A DNA stretch of 64,000 nt from a virus. Positions 39,168 through 47,551 of the stretch are shown one piece after another. Numbering within the stretch: position 1 is the stretch's first letter; each line of letters starts with the position of its first letter. Where the stretch lies: positions 64,001 to 128,000 of the IMG/VR virus record IMGVR_UViG_3300033145_000529; one strand, written 5' to 3'. Position numbers and translations under genes: made by a program. Under the pieces are notes generated by a model. The model made no database searches. It saw only the letters and a list, made by a program, of their open reading frames with translations, and was not told the DNA's origin.

Positions 39168-40520
39168 ATGCTTTATAATTGTGATTGTTTAAAAGGAATA
39201 AAAACTCTTAATGATAACAGTGTTGACTTAGTAGCCACCGACCCACCTTATGGTATAGGGTTTATGGGTAAGGACTGGGATAAGGCGTTACCTGATAAAG
39301 AGATATGGGCTGAGTGTCTGAGGGTGTTAAAGCCTGGAGCATTTGCCTTTGTAATGAGCATACCGAGAAGCGACTGTCTGAGCAGGATGATTATCAGCCT
39401 AGAGGATGCTGGATTTAGGGTAGACTTCAGTCCGATATATTGGGTTTATGCGTCAGGATTTCCAAAGGCAAAGAATATAGGGAAGGCGGTGGATAAGAGA
39501 ATGGGGGCTGAGCGTGAAAGAACCCACCCTGATAATGAAAAGAGGTTTAAGGAATACAAAGAGCAAGACGGTAATGAGCGGAAAACTTTTGGTGAATTAG
39601 ATACTATGCCACTGACACCCCAAGCCAAAGCCCTAGATGGTAGTTATGGTGGGTTTCAACCCAAACCCGCAGTAGAAGTAATAATAGTCTGTATGAAGCC
39701 CTTGTCTGAAAAGACCTTTGTTGACCAATCCCTGAAGAACAGGAAGGGTATAACTTGGCTGGATGATTGTAGGATACCGTACGGTGGTGAAACCCCGAAT
39801 ATGGGTGGCAGGAAGAATGCCAAGATGGGTGGTGACCAACCCTATGGCTTCAAAATAGAGGGCAGACCTGATACACCAAATACAGTAGGTCGTTTCCCAG
39901 CCAATCTATTAGTCTCAGATGATGTGCTGAATGATGGGGGAGTAACAAGGAGTGGATTTATGAAGGGGAAGCATATAGCACCCAATTCTTATGGTGGATT
40001 TAACACTCCTACTGAAACTCAGACCTACCCCGATTCAGGCTCATTTTCCCGCTACTTTGATTTAGATAAATGGTGGGAAGAAAGGGTAAAGGAACTCCCC
40101 AAACCTGCTCAACAGACCTTTCCATTTCTAATAGTCCCCAAAGCTAGTAAAAGTGAGAAGAATAGGGGGTTAAAAGGTGGTTCAGGTAGCAATACATATA
40201 ATCGCAAGTGCCTTAATTGTGGCAAGTGGGAACGCAAACAGGGGTTGTCTGATAACTATACTTGCTATTGCGAGAAGCCAGATTGGGAACAACCATCGGG
40301 CAACAATCATCCCACAGTAAAACCCATCAAACTAATGTCTTACTTAATAACATTAGGCAGTCGTGAAGGTGATATCATTCTAGACCCGTTCTTAGGTTCA
40401 GGAACTACAGCAATTGCTTGTGAGATTGTGGGTCGTGATTGTATCGGTTATGAAATAGATAAAGGCTATTTTGATATAGCGATAAAAAGAGTGGAGGCAT
40501 TTAAAAGTGCAAGAAATTAG
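39168..40520 (+). CDS. DNA N6-adenine/N4-cytosine methyltransferase (beta class)
   Basis: TDPPY, HPTVKP, LDPFLGSGTT. Confidence 0.93.
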   Translation: MLYNCDCLKGIKTLNDNSVDLVATDPPYGIGFMGKDWDKALPDKEIWAECLRVLKPGAFAFVMSIPRSDCLSRMIISLEDAGFRVDFSPIYWVYASGFPKAKNIGKAVDKRMGAERERTHPDNEKRFKEYKEQDGNERKTFGELDTMPLTPQAKALDGSYGGFQPKPAVEVIIVCMKPLSEKTFVDQSLKNRKGITWLDDCRIPYGGETPNMGGRKNAKMGGDQPYGFKIEGRPDTPNTVGRFPANLLVSDDVLNDGGVTRSGFMKGKHIAPNSYGGFNTPTETQTYPDSGSFSRYFDLDKWWEERVKELPKPAQQTFPFLIVPKASKSEKNRGLKGGSGSNTYNRKCLNCGKWERKQGLSDNYTCYCEKPDWEQPSGNNHPTVKPIKLMSYLITLGSREGDIILDPFLGSGTTAIACEIVGRDCIGYEIDKGYFDIAIKRVEAFKSARN

Positions 40521-40944
40521 AGGAGATATTTGGGAACAGCATAAACTTGGAAGATGGGCAATTATCACTACTAATAGTGATGTCAGAAAAGATGGAGCTT
40601 GTATTATGGGGCGTGGTATTGCAAAACAAGCAGCTGAAAGGTTTCCCAATTTACCATATAAGCTTGGTAACGCATTAAAAGCTAGTGGAAATAAGGTTTA
40701 TGTCTTTGATGATTTGAAAATAATTACTCTACCTGTTAAGCACCATTGGAGAGGAAAAGCAGATCTTGGTCTTATTGAGAAATCCTTGCAACAGCTTGTT
40801 GCTTGGGTGGATACTCCACCACGAAAGCATGGTAAGTTTTATTTGCCAAGAGCGGGGTGTGGAAACGGTAGTCTTAATTGGTTTGATGTAAAACCGCTCT
40901 ACGAGAAGTATTTAGATGATAGGTTTGTAGTAGTGCAACTATGA
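40507..40944 (+). CDS. macro-domain (ADP-ribose-binding/hydrolase) protein
   Basis: GDIW, TTN, MGRGIAKQ, PVKHHW, PRAGCGNG.L.W. Confidence 0.85.
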   Translation: MQEIRGDIWEQHKLGRWAIITTNSDVRKDGACIMGRGIAKQAAERFPNLPYKLGNALKASGNKVYVFDDLKIITLPVKHHWRGKADLGLIEKSLQQLVAWVDTPPRKHGKFYLPRAGCGNGSLNWFDVKPLYEKYLDDRFVVVQL

Positions 40945-40956
40945 AAGGTTTAAGAA

Positions 40957-41214
40957 ATGGTTTACGTTAAGATAAACAAATTAGAAGAAGATTTGTGCCG
41001 CAGGGGAGACAAGATGGGGGCGATAAGTTCTATGCTTGCTAGGTTTCATCATCAAATTCAGGCTTCGGGAATATTTAAAGATTTGAAAAAGCACGAATCT
41101 TATGAGAAACCATCTCTAAAAAGACGTAGGAAAAAGAGAGAAGCGATGCTTCGAAGGATTAGAAAGGAGAGGAAAGATACCTTATATAAAACGGGAAATA
41201 AGGGAAGAAGTTGA
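40957..41214 (+). CDS. rpsU: 30S ribosomal protein bS21
   Basis: L.RF...GI..DLKKHE.YEKPS.KRRRK. Confidence 0.85.
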   Translation: MVYVKINKLEEDLCRRGDKMGAISSMLARFHHQIQASGIFKDLKKHESYEKPSLKRRRKKREAMLRRIRKERKDTLYKTGNKGRS

Positions 41215-41294
41215 CGAGGATGTAGACAACCTGCTTTCGGTGATAAGGAGTGTCAAAGACCCGAACGATACAGTGATTGATGGGATGCAAAACA

Positions 41295-41447
41295 GTAAAA
41301 CAAGATTGTGTAGACTATGATAGTGAGACAGGTGAGGTTAGAGGACTGCTGTGCGGTTTTTGCAATGTTGGAATTGGACATCTTAGGCATTCCGCCGATT
41401 TACTAAAACATGCAATCGAATATTTACAAGGAGAGGAATGTGTATGA
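41295..41447 (+). pseudogene. endonuclease VII remnant
   Basis: VDYD.ETGEVRGLLC..CN.GIG.L...A..YL with N terminus lost. Confidence 0.65.
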
Positions 41448-41643
41448 AATAAGTGGAATTTATGCTGTTAAGTTCTATCCTGACGGTTCATTAAGTAGGA
41501 ACAAGAAAGCATTCAAAATGGTAGTCAATTCAGAGCGGGGTGTAATGGCTTTTGTTGATGAACAGAAACCTTTTGAGAGCATTAAAATAAAAGACCCCGA
41601 TACTAAAGAGGACTTTACGGAATATTTTTTAGGTACAAAATAA
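41440..41643 (+). CDS. hypothetical protein
   Basis: SD + GTG. Confidence 0.5.
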   Translation: MYEISGIYAVKFYPDGSLSRNKKAFKMVVNSERGVMAFVDEQKPFESIKIKDPDTKEDFTEYFLGTK

Positions 41644-41812
41644 TGAAAGACCAGACTGGAAAAGAAATAAAGAGAGATTTTGCTCCCCGTAAAAGAAATC
41701 CTAGTGATAAGTACAAGGTTAAGATTGTCGAGAAAAAACCTGATTATGATGTAACTAAAGACCCTCAAACTAAAAGACCTATTGTCATTAGAAAGAAAGG
41801 GGATAAGAACTA

Positions 41813-42271
41813 GTGAGAATTTCTTTTGACTTAGATGGTGTTATAGCTGACGGGCATCATTGGTTCTTCAGTATTCTAGAACCAATTAGAGGGATTGACC
41901 GAGAGCGAGCTGAGTATGCAGAGTTGGAATATTATTCATCTCGTCCTTTAAAGTATCATCCTCACTTGTTCTTAGCGTCCGATGATGAGGCTATTATTGT
42001 TACGGCACGTAAACCGAAAGCACAGGCAGTGACTTGTGCATGGTTGAAGATGTACGGTATTAACTTACCTACCTATTTTGTTGACCCCGATGATTGTATA
42101 AATTGGGGGTCGTATGACGAAGCAGCAAAAGAGTCTGCAAGGTTAAAGTCAATAGTTATAAAGGAACAAAGGATAGCTGTTCATTTTGATAATAGTCCAA
42201 TTTTAGTCGCAACATTAAGAAAAATCCTACCTGGAGTGAGGGTAATTCTAGTTGGTGGGGAAATGTCTTAA
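41813..42271 (+). CDS. HAD-superfamily phosphatase/nucleotidase
   Basis: FDLDGVIAD, IVTAR, HFDN. Confidence 0.8.
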   Translation: MRISFDLDGVIADGHHWFFSILEPIRGIDRERAEYAELEYYSSRPLKYHPHLFLASDDEAIIVTARKPKAQAVTCAWLKMYGINLPTYFVDPDDCINWGSYDEAAKESARLKSIVIKEQRIAVHFDNSPILVATLRKILPGVRVILVGGEMS

Positions 42272-42296
42272 AAATTATTGAAAAAACCTTAAAAAA

Positions 42297-42328
42297 GGCT
42301 TGACAATTCTTGTTTTATATGCTATAAT
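42297..42328 (+). promoter_or_regulatory. sigma70-type promoter at head of tRNA array
   Basis: GGC-TTGACA-N17-TATAAT with TG. Confidence 0.85.
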
Positions 42329-42345
42329 ACAAGTAGAGGATTAAG

Positions 42346-42480
42346 ATGGCTTATACTCCCCCTCCTGTACCACTAACAAAAGCGGAATTTTACAGAAAGT
42401 GTAAGGAACGACAAACTAAGACAGCATGTAAAGAGTGCGATAGGTGTCCTAGTAGGTTTGTATGCTGGACTATAAAGTAG
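42346..42480 (+). CDS. 44-aa protein with CxxCxxRFxCWT motif (absent from ORF track)
   Basis: GAGG SD; MAYTPPP...CDRCPSRFVCWTIK. Confidence 0.7.
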   Translation: MAYTPPPVPLTKAEFYRKCKERQTKTACKECDRCPSRFVCWTIK

Positions 42481-42483
42481 GTA

Positions 42484-42751
42484 TGATAGAATTATTAGAG
42501 AGGGTTCAGAGTCGCTGTTTGTTTATGCATCTGCCGTGCGGTTTAATGTTACAAGCAATACTACTAAAAATGGCAAGGAGTTGAAAAGAAAGTATGCTCC
42601 TAATGAGATAGATTACTTCATGGTATATTGTACAGATTTGGGTAGGATTTTCCTAATATCTGTAAAAGAGGCAACAAGTACGCTTCGGGTGGAAGCAACA
42701 AAAAATAATCAGGATAAGGGCATTAAAGGGGGCACACGACTACGAATTTAA
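42484..42751 (+). pseudogene. PD-(D/E)XK homing endonuclease remnant (C-terminal part)
   Basis: Y..NEIDYFMVYC...IFLI.V...LR...KNNQ. Confidence 0.6.
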
Positions 42752-42758
42752 AGGTTTT

Positions 42759-42832
42759 GGGGGTGTGGTGTAATGGTAACATAGCAATCTGATAAGTTGC
42801 TGTAGGAGGATCAAAACCTCCCATCCCTACCA
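42759..42832 (+). tRNA. tRNA-Ile(GAT)
   Basis: loop CTGATAA; atypical T loop ATCAAAA; CCA encoded. Confidence 0.8.
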
Positions 42833-42926
42833 ATTAAAGTGGTGACTTCTTATTTTAAGTGATATTACGAATGCAAAATGTAGGTTGAGAGACTACGAAA
42901 TGCACTGTAAAGATAATAAAACATTA

Positions 42927-42998
42927 AGAGGCGTAGCTAACAGGTAAAGCAGTTGGTTTACACCCAACGAAAAAGGAGTTCGAATCTCCTCGCCTCTA
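42927..42998 (+). tRNA. tRNA-Val(TAC)
   Basis: loop TTTACAC. Confidence 0.9.
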
Positions 42999-43002
42999 CC
43001 CA

Positions 43003-43243
43003 AGGTTGAGGTAAGTCACATCCAGGGCATTCTCACCAATAGCTACGGATTTGTACAGGTGGTGTCTGTACCAACCTCAACCTCTAGGAAAGTAGATTTT
43101 GTTCTTTGTTGCATAATACCTCTAGATGTTTGGTATATAATTCCAATTGAAGACCTTGGTAGTAAGCACAATGTTCGTCTCTTTCTTGACATGATTGATT
43201 CTAAATCTAAGTATTCTAAATATAAAGAAAATTGGGCAGTATT
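43003..43243 (+). pseudogene. PD-(D/E)XK homing endonuclease remnant
   Basis: VDFV......DVWYIIP...SKYSKYKENW. Confidence 0.55.
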
Positions 43244-43331
43244 GGAGTAGTGCCTGAGTGGTTTAAGGGGACGGTTTGCTAAACCGTTGGGCGTAAATGT
43301 CCCGTAAGTTCGAATCTTATCTACTCCGCCA
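43244..43331 (+). tRNA. tRNA-Ser(GCT)
   Basis: loop TTGCTAA, long variable arm, CCA. Confidence 0.93.
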
Positions 43332-43338
43332 CATAAAA

Positions 43339-43370
43339 GGCTTGACTTGCTTAAAGGCTTATGATATAAT
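43339..43370 (+). promoter_or_regulatory. sigma70-type promoter
   Basis: GGC-TTGACT-N17-TATAAT with TG. Confidence 0.8.
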
Positions 43371-43725
43371 GGAAGAGAAGTGGGTAACTGTCAGCAGCGA
43401 ATATCTTAATAGAAAGTCTAAGTATAAGCATTGGGTACTTGGTTGTTGTGTTAAATGTAGAAATATTCAGGTCTACAGAGTTACAGATAGTGTAGTAGAA
43501 GCAAAGAAGTGGTGGGCTGTTGAGAAATGTGATAAGTGTGGAGGTCTTTGTGGTGTTTGTATCTTGAGTAAATACCAAAAACCACCTGGGTTTGCTAGAA
43601 AGTGTAAGAAGTGTAATTTTAGGTTCACTTGTGCTACTATTAGGATAAAGGAAATACCCTCTGTCTTAGTGGGGTTAACGACAGTAAGATTTGAATCCGA
43701 GGATGTTATAAAAGAGGATGTGTAG
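43369..43725 (+). CDS. Cys-rich protein with CxxCxxRFxCxT motif
   Basis: CKKCNFRFTCAT; start uncertain. Confidence 0.55.
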   Translation: MEEKWVTVSSEYLNRKSKYKHWVLGCCVKCRNIQVYRVTDSVVEAKKWWAVEKCDKCGGLCGVCILSKYQKPPGFARKCKKCNFRFTCATIRIKEIPSVLVGLTTVRFESEDVIKEDV

Positions 43726-43790
43726 CTCGATTTTGGTAGAGCCTCGGTCTTTTAAACCGAACGGTGTGGGTTCGAGTCCCATCACATCCA
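43716..43790 (+). tRNA. tRNA-Lys(TTT)
   Basis: loop CTTTTAA. Confidence 0.92.
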
Positions 43791-43792
43791 CG

Positions 43793-44125
43793 ATGGATGA
43801 ATACAAACATAAACAAGTAAAAATTAAAATACCTCCGTACAATTACTATGGTTATGTTGATGAGGGTATCGTTGATCTTGTGCAGTCTTTGTGGCGACAA
43901 AAAATTATGACTGGCATGAGTTGCCAAGAGATTGATGGTAACATATGGTTAATGTTTGACTCCAAGAAGGATTTTGTTAAGTTCTTGGGGAAGGTTGATT
44001 TTGTTGATATAACATTAAGTGATATTAGGTTGCGGAGACGAGATAAACGTATAGCTTATGAGTATGTGTCAGTTAGATTTCCAATTGATTTAAAGAATAA
44101 AATTAAAAAGAGAATAGATGATTAG
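43793..44125 (+). CDS. hypothetical protein
   Basis: VDEGI..LV..LW...I.T..SCQ phage motif; ATG at tRNA 3' end. Confidence 0.6.
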   Translation: MDEYKHKQVKIKIPPYNYYGYVDEGIVDLVQSLWRQKIMTGMSCQEIDGNIWLMFDSKKDFVKFLGKVDFVDITLSDIRLRRRDKRIAYEYVSVRFPIDLKNKIKKRIDD

Positions 44126-44128
44126 ATT

Positions 44129-44205
44129 GGGTGTGTAGCTAAATTGGTTAAGGCACTGGTCTCTTAAACCAGACATTAAGGGTTCGAGCCCCTTCACACC
44201 CACCA
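44129..44205 (+). tRNA. tRNA-Lys(CTT)
   Basis: loop CTCTTAA, CCA. Confidence 0.93.
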
Positions 44206-44288
44206 AAGGACATAAGTAGTTCCTATTAAATAACACAGAGGTCTACTTCGGTAGGCTTCTGTATTGAAAAAAGTACTACTCGTCCTTT
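44205..44288 (+). ncRNA. structured RNA motif, copy 1
   Basis: AAAGGAC/GTCCTTT + AGTAGT/ACTACT stems, TCCTATTAAA, cUUCGg hairpin, ATTGAA. Confidence 0.65.
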
Positions 44289-44300
44289 AATAATCGGTAT

Positions 44301-44357
44301 AATGGCATAAGCAGTTCCTATTAAAAAGTTGATTGAACAAATTTACTGCTCGCCATT
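44301..44357 (+). ncRNA. structured RNA motif, copy 2
   Basis: AATGGC/GCCATT + AGCAGT/ACTGCT stems, TCCTATTAAA, ATTGAA; compensatory changes vs copy 1. Confidence 0.65.
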
Positions 44358-44372
44358 TAGGGAAGGGAAAGC

Positions 44373-46334
44373 ATGGAGTCAACAATTAAATTATTTAGAG
44401 CACTACCAATAACAACTAAGGAAAAGAAGTTTGATGAAAAATTGATGGAAGCAACCATTAAGCATGGCTTTGTATTTGCACCAGAGATTGTTGCTAACTA
44501 TTCTAACTATGATGAATTGATTGAAAAAGTTGAAAGATTAGTTGGGGTAAGCTCTGAGCAAATGAATAGTTCGTTCCACAAGGCTTGGGCTAAGGTTAGA
44601 AACACAGGTATGGAACAATTAGTAGTAGAACAGATAGCACACTATCTGACTACCTATGGCAAAGAGAACCCTGAAGCATATCTGATTGAAAAGGGTATAC
44701 AGTGGGGTGTTGATGACCTTTCTGATAAGGTGTCAAATCTAGATGACATAGAATTAGATAAAGTCCAAGATGCTAACTATGTTTATATCCCTAACGAGGT
44801 ACTTGACATACCAGATGTAGAGTTGGATACGATTAAACTTATCGTAATCAAAGGATACACAAAAGCTGAACTAAAGGGCAAGCTGCTTGCTTTGTTAGGA
44901 CTTGGAGTTGCTTTGGGGGAAGATACGATACAAGCTGTTGTAGAGGTAGCCACGTTTGTCGGAGTTGATGACAAAGATATTGAAAAGGTTAAGAACAAGG
45001 AAGTAAATACCGCCTTGTATGACTACTTAGGTCTTTTTCCAGAAAATCCAGTTGCGTTTTTAAGGTTTATTGTTTTCAAAGCAGCAAGTAAAACGCTTTT
45101 GATAAAAGATTATAATTTGATTCAAGCGATTAGGGAAAGCAATAACTTGAATGTAATTAAACTATTTGATGACTACGAAAAGAAATATGGATTAGAAAGG
45201 TTAGCTGAGATATTTAATAGGTTCAAACCACTTTTCTTAGCTTTTAGAACAAATGAAAGACTCAAGGTAGTAGTTAATAGGATAAGAAGACTTGCTGTGA
45301 GATACCACAAACCTCTTCCAGAAGATTTCCTTAACACTGTTACAGCTAGGGTAGGAAATAGTGAGAAGATAACCCAAGGTAAATTACAATCTGAACTGAG
45401 GAGAGTAAATGTCTTCAGGAAGATACGATTAGCTTATGCACTAAAATTTAGGACAAAAGACGTGGATTCTATTTTATATAGGATAAGGAATGGTAAGGGA
45501 TATGCTACTGAGTTCACCTTCGGCAATCAGACTGAAGCTCAAAGAGTATTGGACATTGTATTAGACTCAATTGCCCGTGATGTTAGTAAGAATGTAAAGG
45601 ACAAGAAAATATACATTCCAGAGCATATAAATTATAGTCTACCCGCAACTGAGAAGCAGTTTACTGGTAATTTCCCATCAGGAACTTGTGTGTCACTAAC
45701 TGATAATATGATTGCTGGTATCAATTGGCATAACGTTAAACACAATAGGATTGACCTTGACCTGTCTTTATTATCAGTTACAGGTAAAATTGGTTGGGAT
45801 TCTTCTTATAGAACAGAAGAAGGTGATGTGCTATTCTCTGGTGATATGACTGATGCTTGTAACGGAGCATCGGAACTTTTCTATGTTAAGAAGCAGACTA
45901 AGAAATCGTTTATAATATTCGTTAATTACTATAATTTTGACGAGGCTATAAAAGTACCGTTCAAGATATTAGTTGCACATGAGGCTACTAAGAATCTTAG
46001 AAAAAATTATATGGTTGACCCTAATAATGTTGTAGCAATTACCGAATCAAAAATTGACCAGAAGCAAAAAATACTGGGGTTGCTAATCGTTACAACAACA
46101 GGAAGCAAGTTTTATTTTGTTGAGGCAAATATAGGCAGGTCAATAACATCAAGTGGTACTGAATTTGCCACACGAAGCAGAAAGTATCTACTAGACTTTT
46201 ATGAAAACACTATTATGTTAAGTGATGTTCTTACTAAAGCTGGTGCTAAACTTGTTGGTGACAGGGATGAAGCAGATATAGACTTATCACCAGAAACGCT
46301 TGAAAAGGATACCATATTAACTATGCTTAGGTAA
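44373..46334 (+). CDS. large helical protein with C-terminal TerD-like domain (possibly Ro/TROVE-related)
   Basis: IDLDLSLL...IGW...FSGDMTDA.NGASE; N-terminal Q..HY.TTYG helical region. Confidence 0.7.
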   Translation: MESTIKLFRALPITTKEKKFDEKLMEATIKHGFVFAPEIVANYSNYDELIEKVERLVGVSSEQMNSSFHKAWAKVRNTGMEQLVVEQIAHYLTTYGKENPEAYLIEKGIQWGVDDLSDKVSNLDDIELDKVQDANYVYIPNEVLDIPDVELDTIKLIVIKGYTKAELKGKLLALLGLGVALGEDTIQAVVEVATFVGVDDKDIEKVKNKEVNTALYDYLGLFPENPVAFLRFIVFKAASKTLLIKDYNLIQAIRESNNLNVIKLFDDYEKKYGLERLAEIFNRFKPLFLAFRTNERLKVVVNRIRRLAVRYHKPLPEDFLNTVTARVGNSEKITQGKLQSELRRVNVFRKIRLAYALKFRTKDVDSILYRIRNGKGYATEFTFGNQTEAQRVLDIVLDSIARDVSKNVKDKKIYIPEHINYSLPATEKQFTGNFPSGTCVSLTDNMIAGINWHNVKHNRIDLDLSLLSVTGKIGWDSSYRTEEGDVLFSGDMTDACNGASELFYVKKQTKKSFIIFVNYYNFDEAIKVPFKILVAHEATKNLRKNYMVDPNNVVAITESKIDQKQKILGLLIVTTTGSKFYFVEANIGRSITSSGTEFATRSRKYLLDFYENTIMLSDVLTKAGAKLVGDRDEADIDLSPETLEKDTILTMLR

Positions 46335-46336
46335 GT

Positions 46337-46412
46337 GGGAGTATCGTCTAGGGGTTTAGGACACCAGTTTCTCAGACTGGTAACGGGAGTTCGATTCTCC
46401 CTACCCCTACCA
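46337..46412 (+). tRNA. tRNA-Glu(CTC)
   Basis: loop TTCTCAG, CCA. Confidence 0.88.
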
Positions 46413-46621
46413 TGTGGGTATACATTTATGGAGATAAGATTAAACGAGTTGTGTATGGGTGGGTATGCCCCCATTGTGGCACGACTTGGATAGGTAATTT
46501 TCTAAGTACTTGTCCAAAATGCAAATCTACACTTTGTCTGAGTCAAGAATTTATAACAAAAGCTAATGAAAAAGCGTGGAAAGCGTATGATTTACAAAAG
46601 ATTAGTGCGAAACTTCATTAG
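46412..46621 (+). CDS. Zn-ribbon protein
   Basis: CPHCG...CPKC; ATG overlaps tRNA CCA. Confidence 0.55.
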   Translation: MWVYIYGDKIKRVVYGWVCPHCGTTWIGNFLSTCPKCKSTLCLSQEFITKANEKAWKAYDLQKISAKLH

Positions 46622-46697
46622 GAGGTTATGTGATGAAACTATTTAGTTACTTTGGTGTAAATAACAAGAAATGATGGGTATGAAGCTTTTATAGGTG

Positions 46698-46771
46698 GGG
46701 AACGTAGCTCAACGTGGAGCAGTGGTCTTATATGCCAAAGGTTGTAGGTTCAAATCCTACCGTTCCTACCA
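46698..46771 (+). tRNA. tRNA-Ile(TAT)
   Basis: loop CTTATAT, CCA. Confidence 0.85.
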
Positions 46772-46772
46772 T

Positions 46773-46849
46773 CCCCCTATAGTCTAATGGAATTAAAACG
46801 GTGGGCTACGAACCCACAGTTGCGAGTTCGAATCTCGCTAGGGGGTCCA
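46773..46849 (+). tRNA. tRNA-Arg(ACG)
   Basis: loop CTACGAA, CCA. Confidence 0.88.
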
Positions 46850-47031
46850 GTAAACCCATTTCGGGGGTGTGAGTAGTCTCACTATACGTGTAGGGAGTAT
46901 GAGAAGCCGTGTACAGAGTGTACATTGATGTTACGAAACTATCATACGACAGCCTTGCTGTTGAAGTAAGCGTTCGCTTAATTGTATGACAATAAACAAA
47001 AGAGCTTACTCACCCACCGAAATAGGTTTAC
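46850..47031 (+). ncRNA. putative ~180-nt structured ncRNA
   Basis: long interrupted terminal stem GTAAACC.ATTTCGG.GGGT..GAGTA / TACTCACCC.CCGAAAT.GGTTTAC plus inner stems. Confidence 0.65.
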
Positions 47032-47033
47032 GA

Positions 47034-47222
47034 ATGGAGAAGGTAGTACCATTAAGACAACAAATAACTAAGGTTGTTCAGAATAATCCTCATTTAGATA
47101 ATAGTTTTCTTGTGTCAGGTTGTCTTTGTTCTCATTGGAACGACCTTGAAGAATGCGATAAATGTCTTGTAAGATTTTATTGTTATACTCATTTTAGAGT
47201 GAAAATTGCCCCTGTAGTGTAA
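47034..47222 (+). CDS. small protein with CxxCxxRFxCYT motif
   Basis: CDKCLVRFYCYT. Confidence 0.6.
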   Translation: MEKVVPLRQQITKVVQNNPHLDNSFLVSGCLCSHWNDLEECDKCLVRFYCYTHFRVKIAPVV

Positions 47223-47283
47223 ATGGAGAACACATTAGTCTTCTAAGCTAATAGTCCGAGTTCAAATCTCGGCAGGGGTGCCA
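47208..47283 (+). tRNA. tRNA-Arg(TCT)
   Basis: loop CTTCTAA, CCA. Confidence 0.92.
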
Positions 47284-47441
47284 GAGTACTTAGGATGCGG
47301 TAGCGTTTACAAGGTGAAAACTGATAGGTATTAGCTGAAATAACGTCAAAAGCACTTTGATAGAAAAGCTAATAGTGTGGAATACCGAGAACTATTAGCT
47401 AGGCACAGAGGAAAAACCGATAGCCTTTATCCTAAGTACCC
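47284..47441 (+). ncRNA. putative ~158-nt structured ncRNA
   Basis: GTACTTAGGAT/ATCCTAAGTAC terminal stem; AGCTAATAGT/ACTATTAGCT inner stem. Confidence 0.6.
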
Positions 47442-47446
47442 TTTAT

Positions 47447-47527
47447 CTCGCTGTAGTCGGGGCGGTTTCCTAAACCGTTATCCGTAAATCGGAACTGTAA
47501 CTGTGGGTTCGAATCCCATCAGCGAGT
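47447..47527 (+). tRNA. atypical tRNA-Arg(CCT)-like RNA lacking a canonical D arm
   Basis: perfect acceptor stem, paired T arm, loop TTCCTAA, extra TCCG/CGGA hairpin. Confidence 0.6.
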
Positions 47528-47551
47528 CGTATGCTAGTGTAGTCGAATTAG

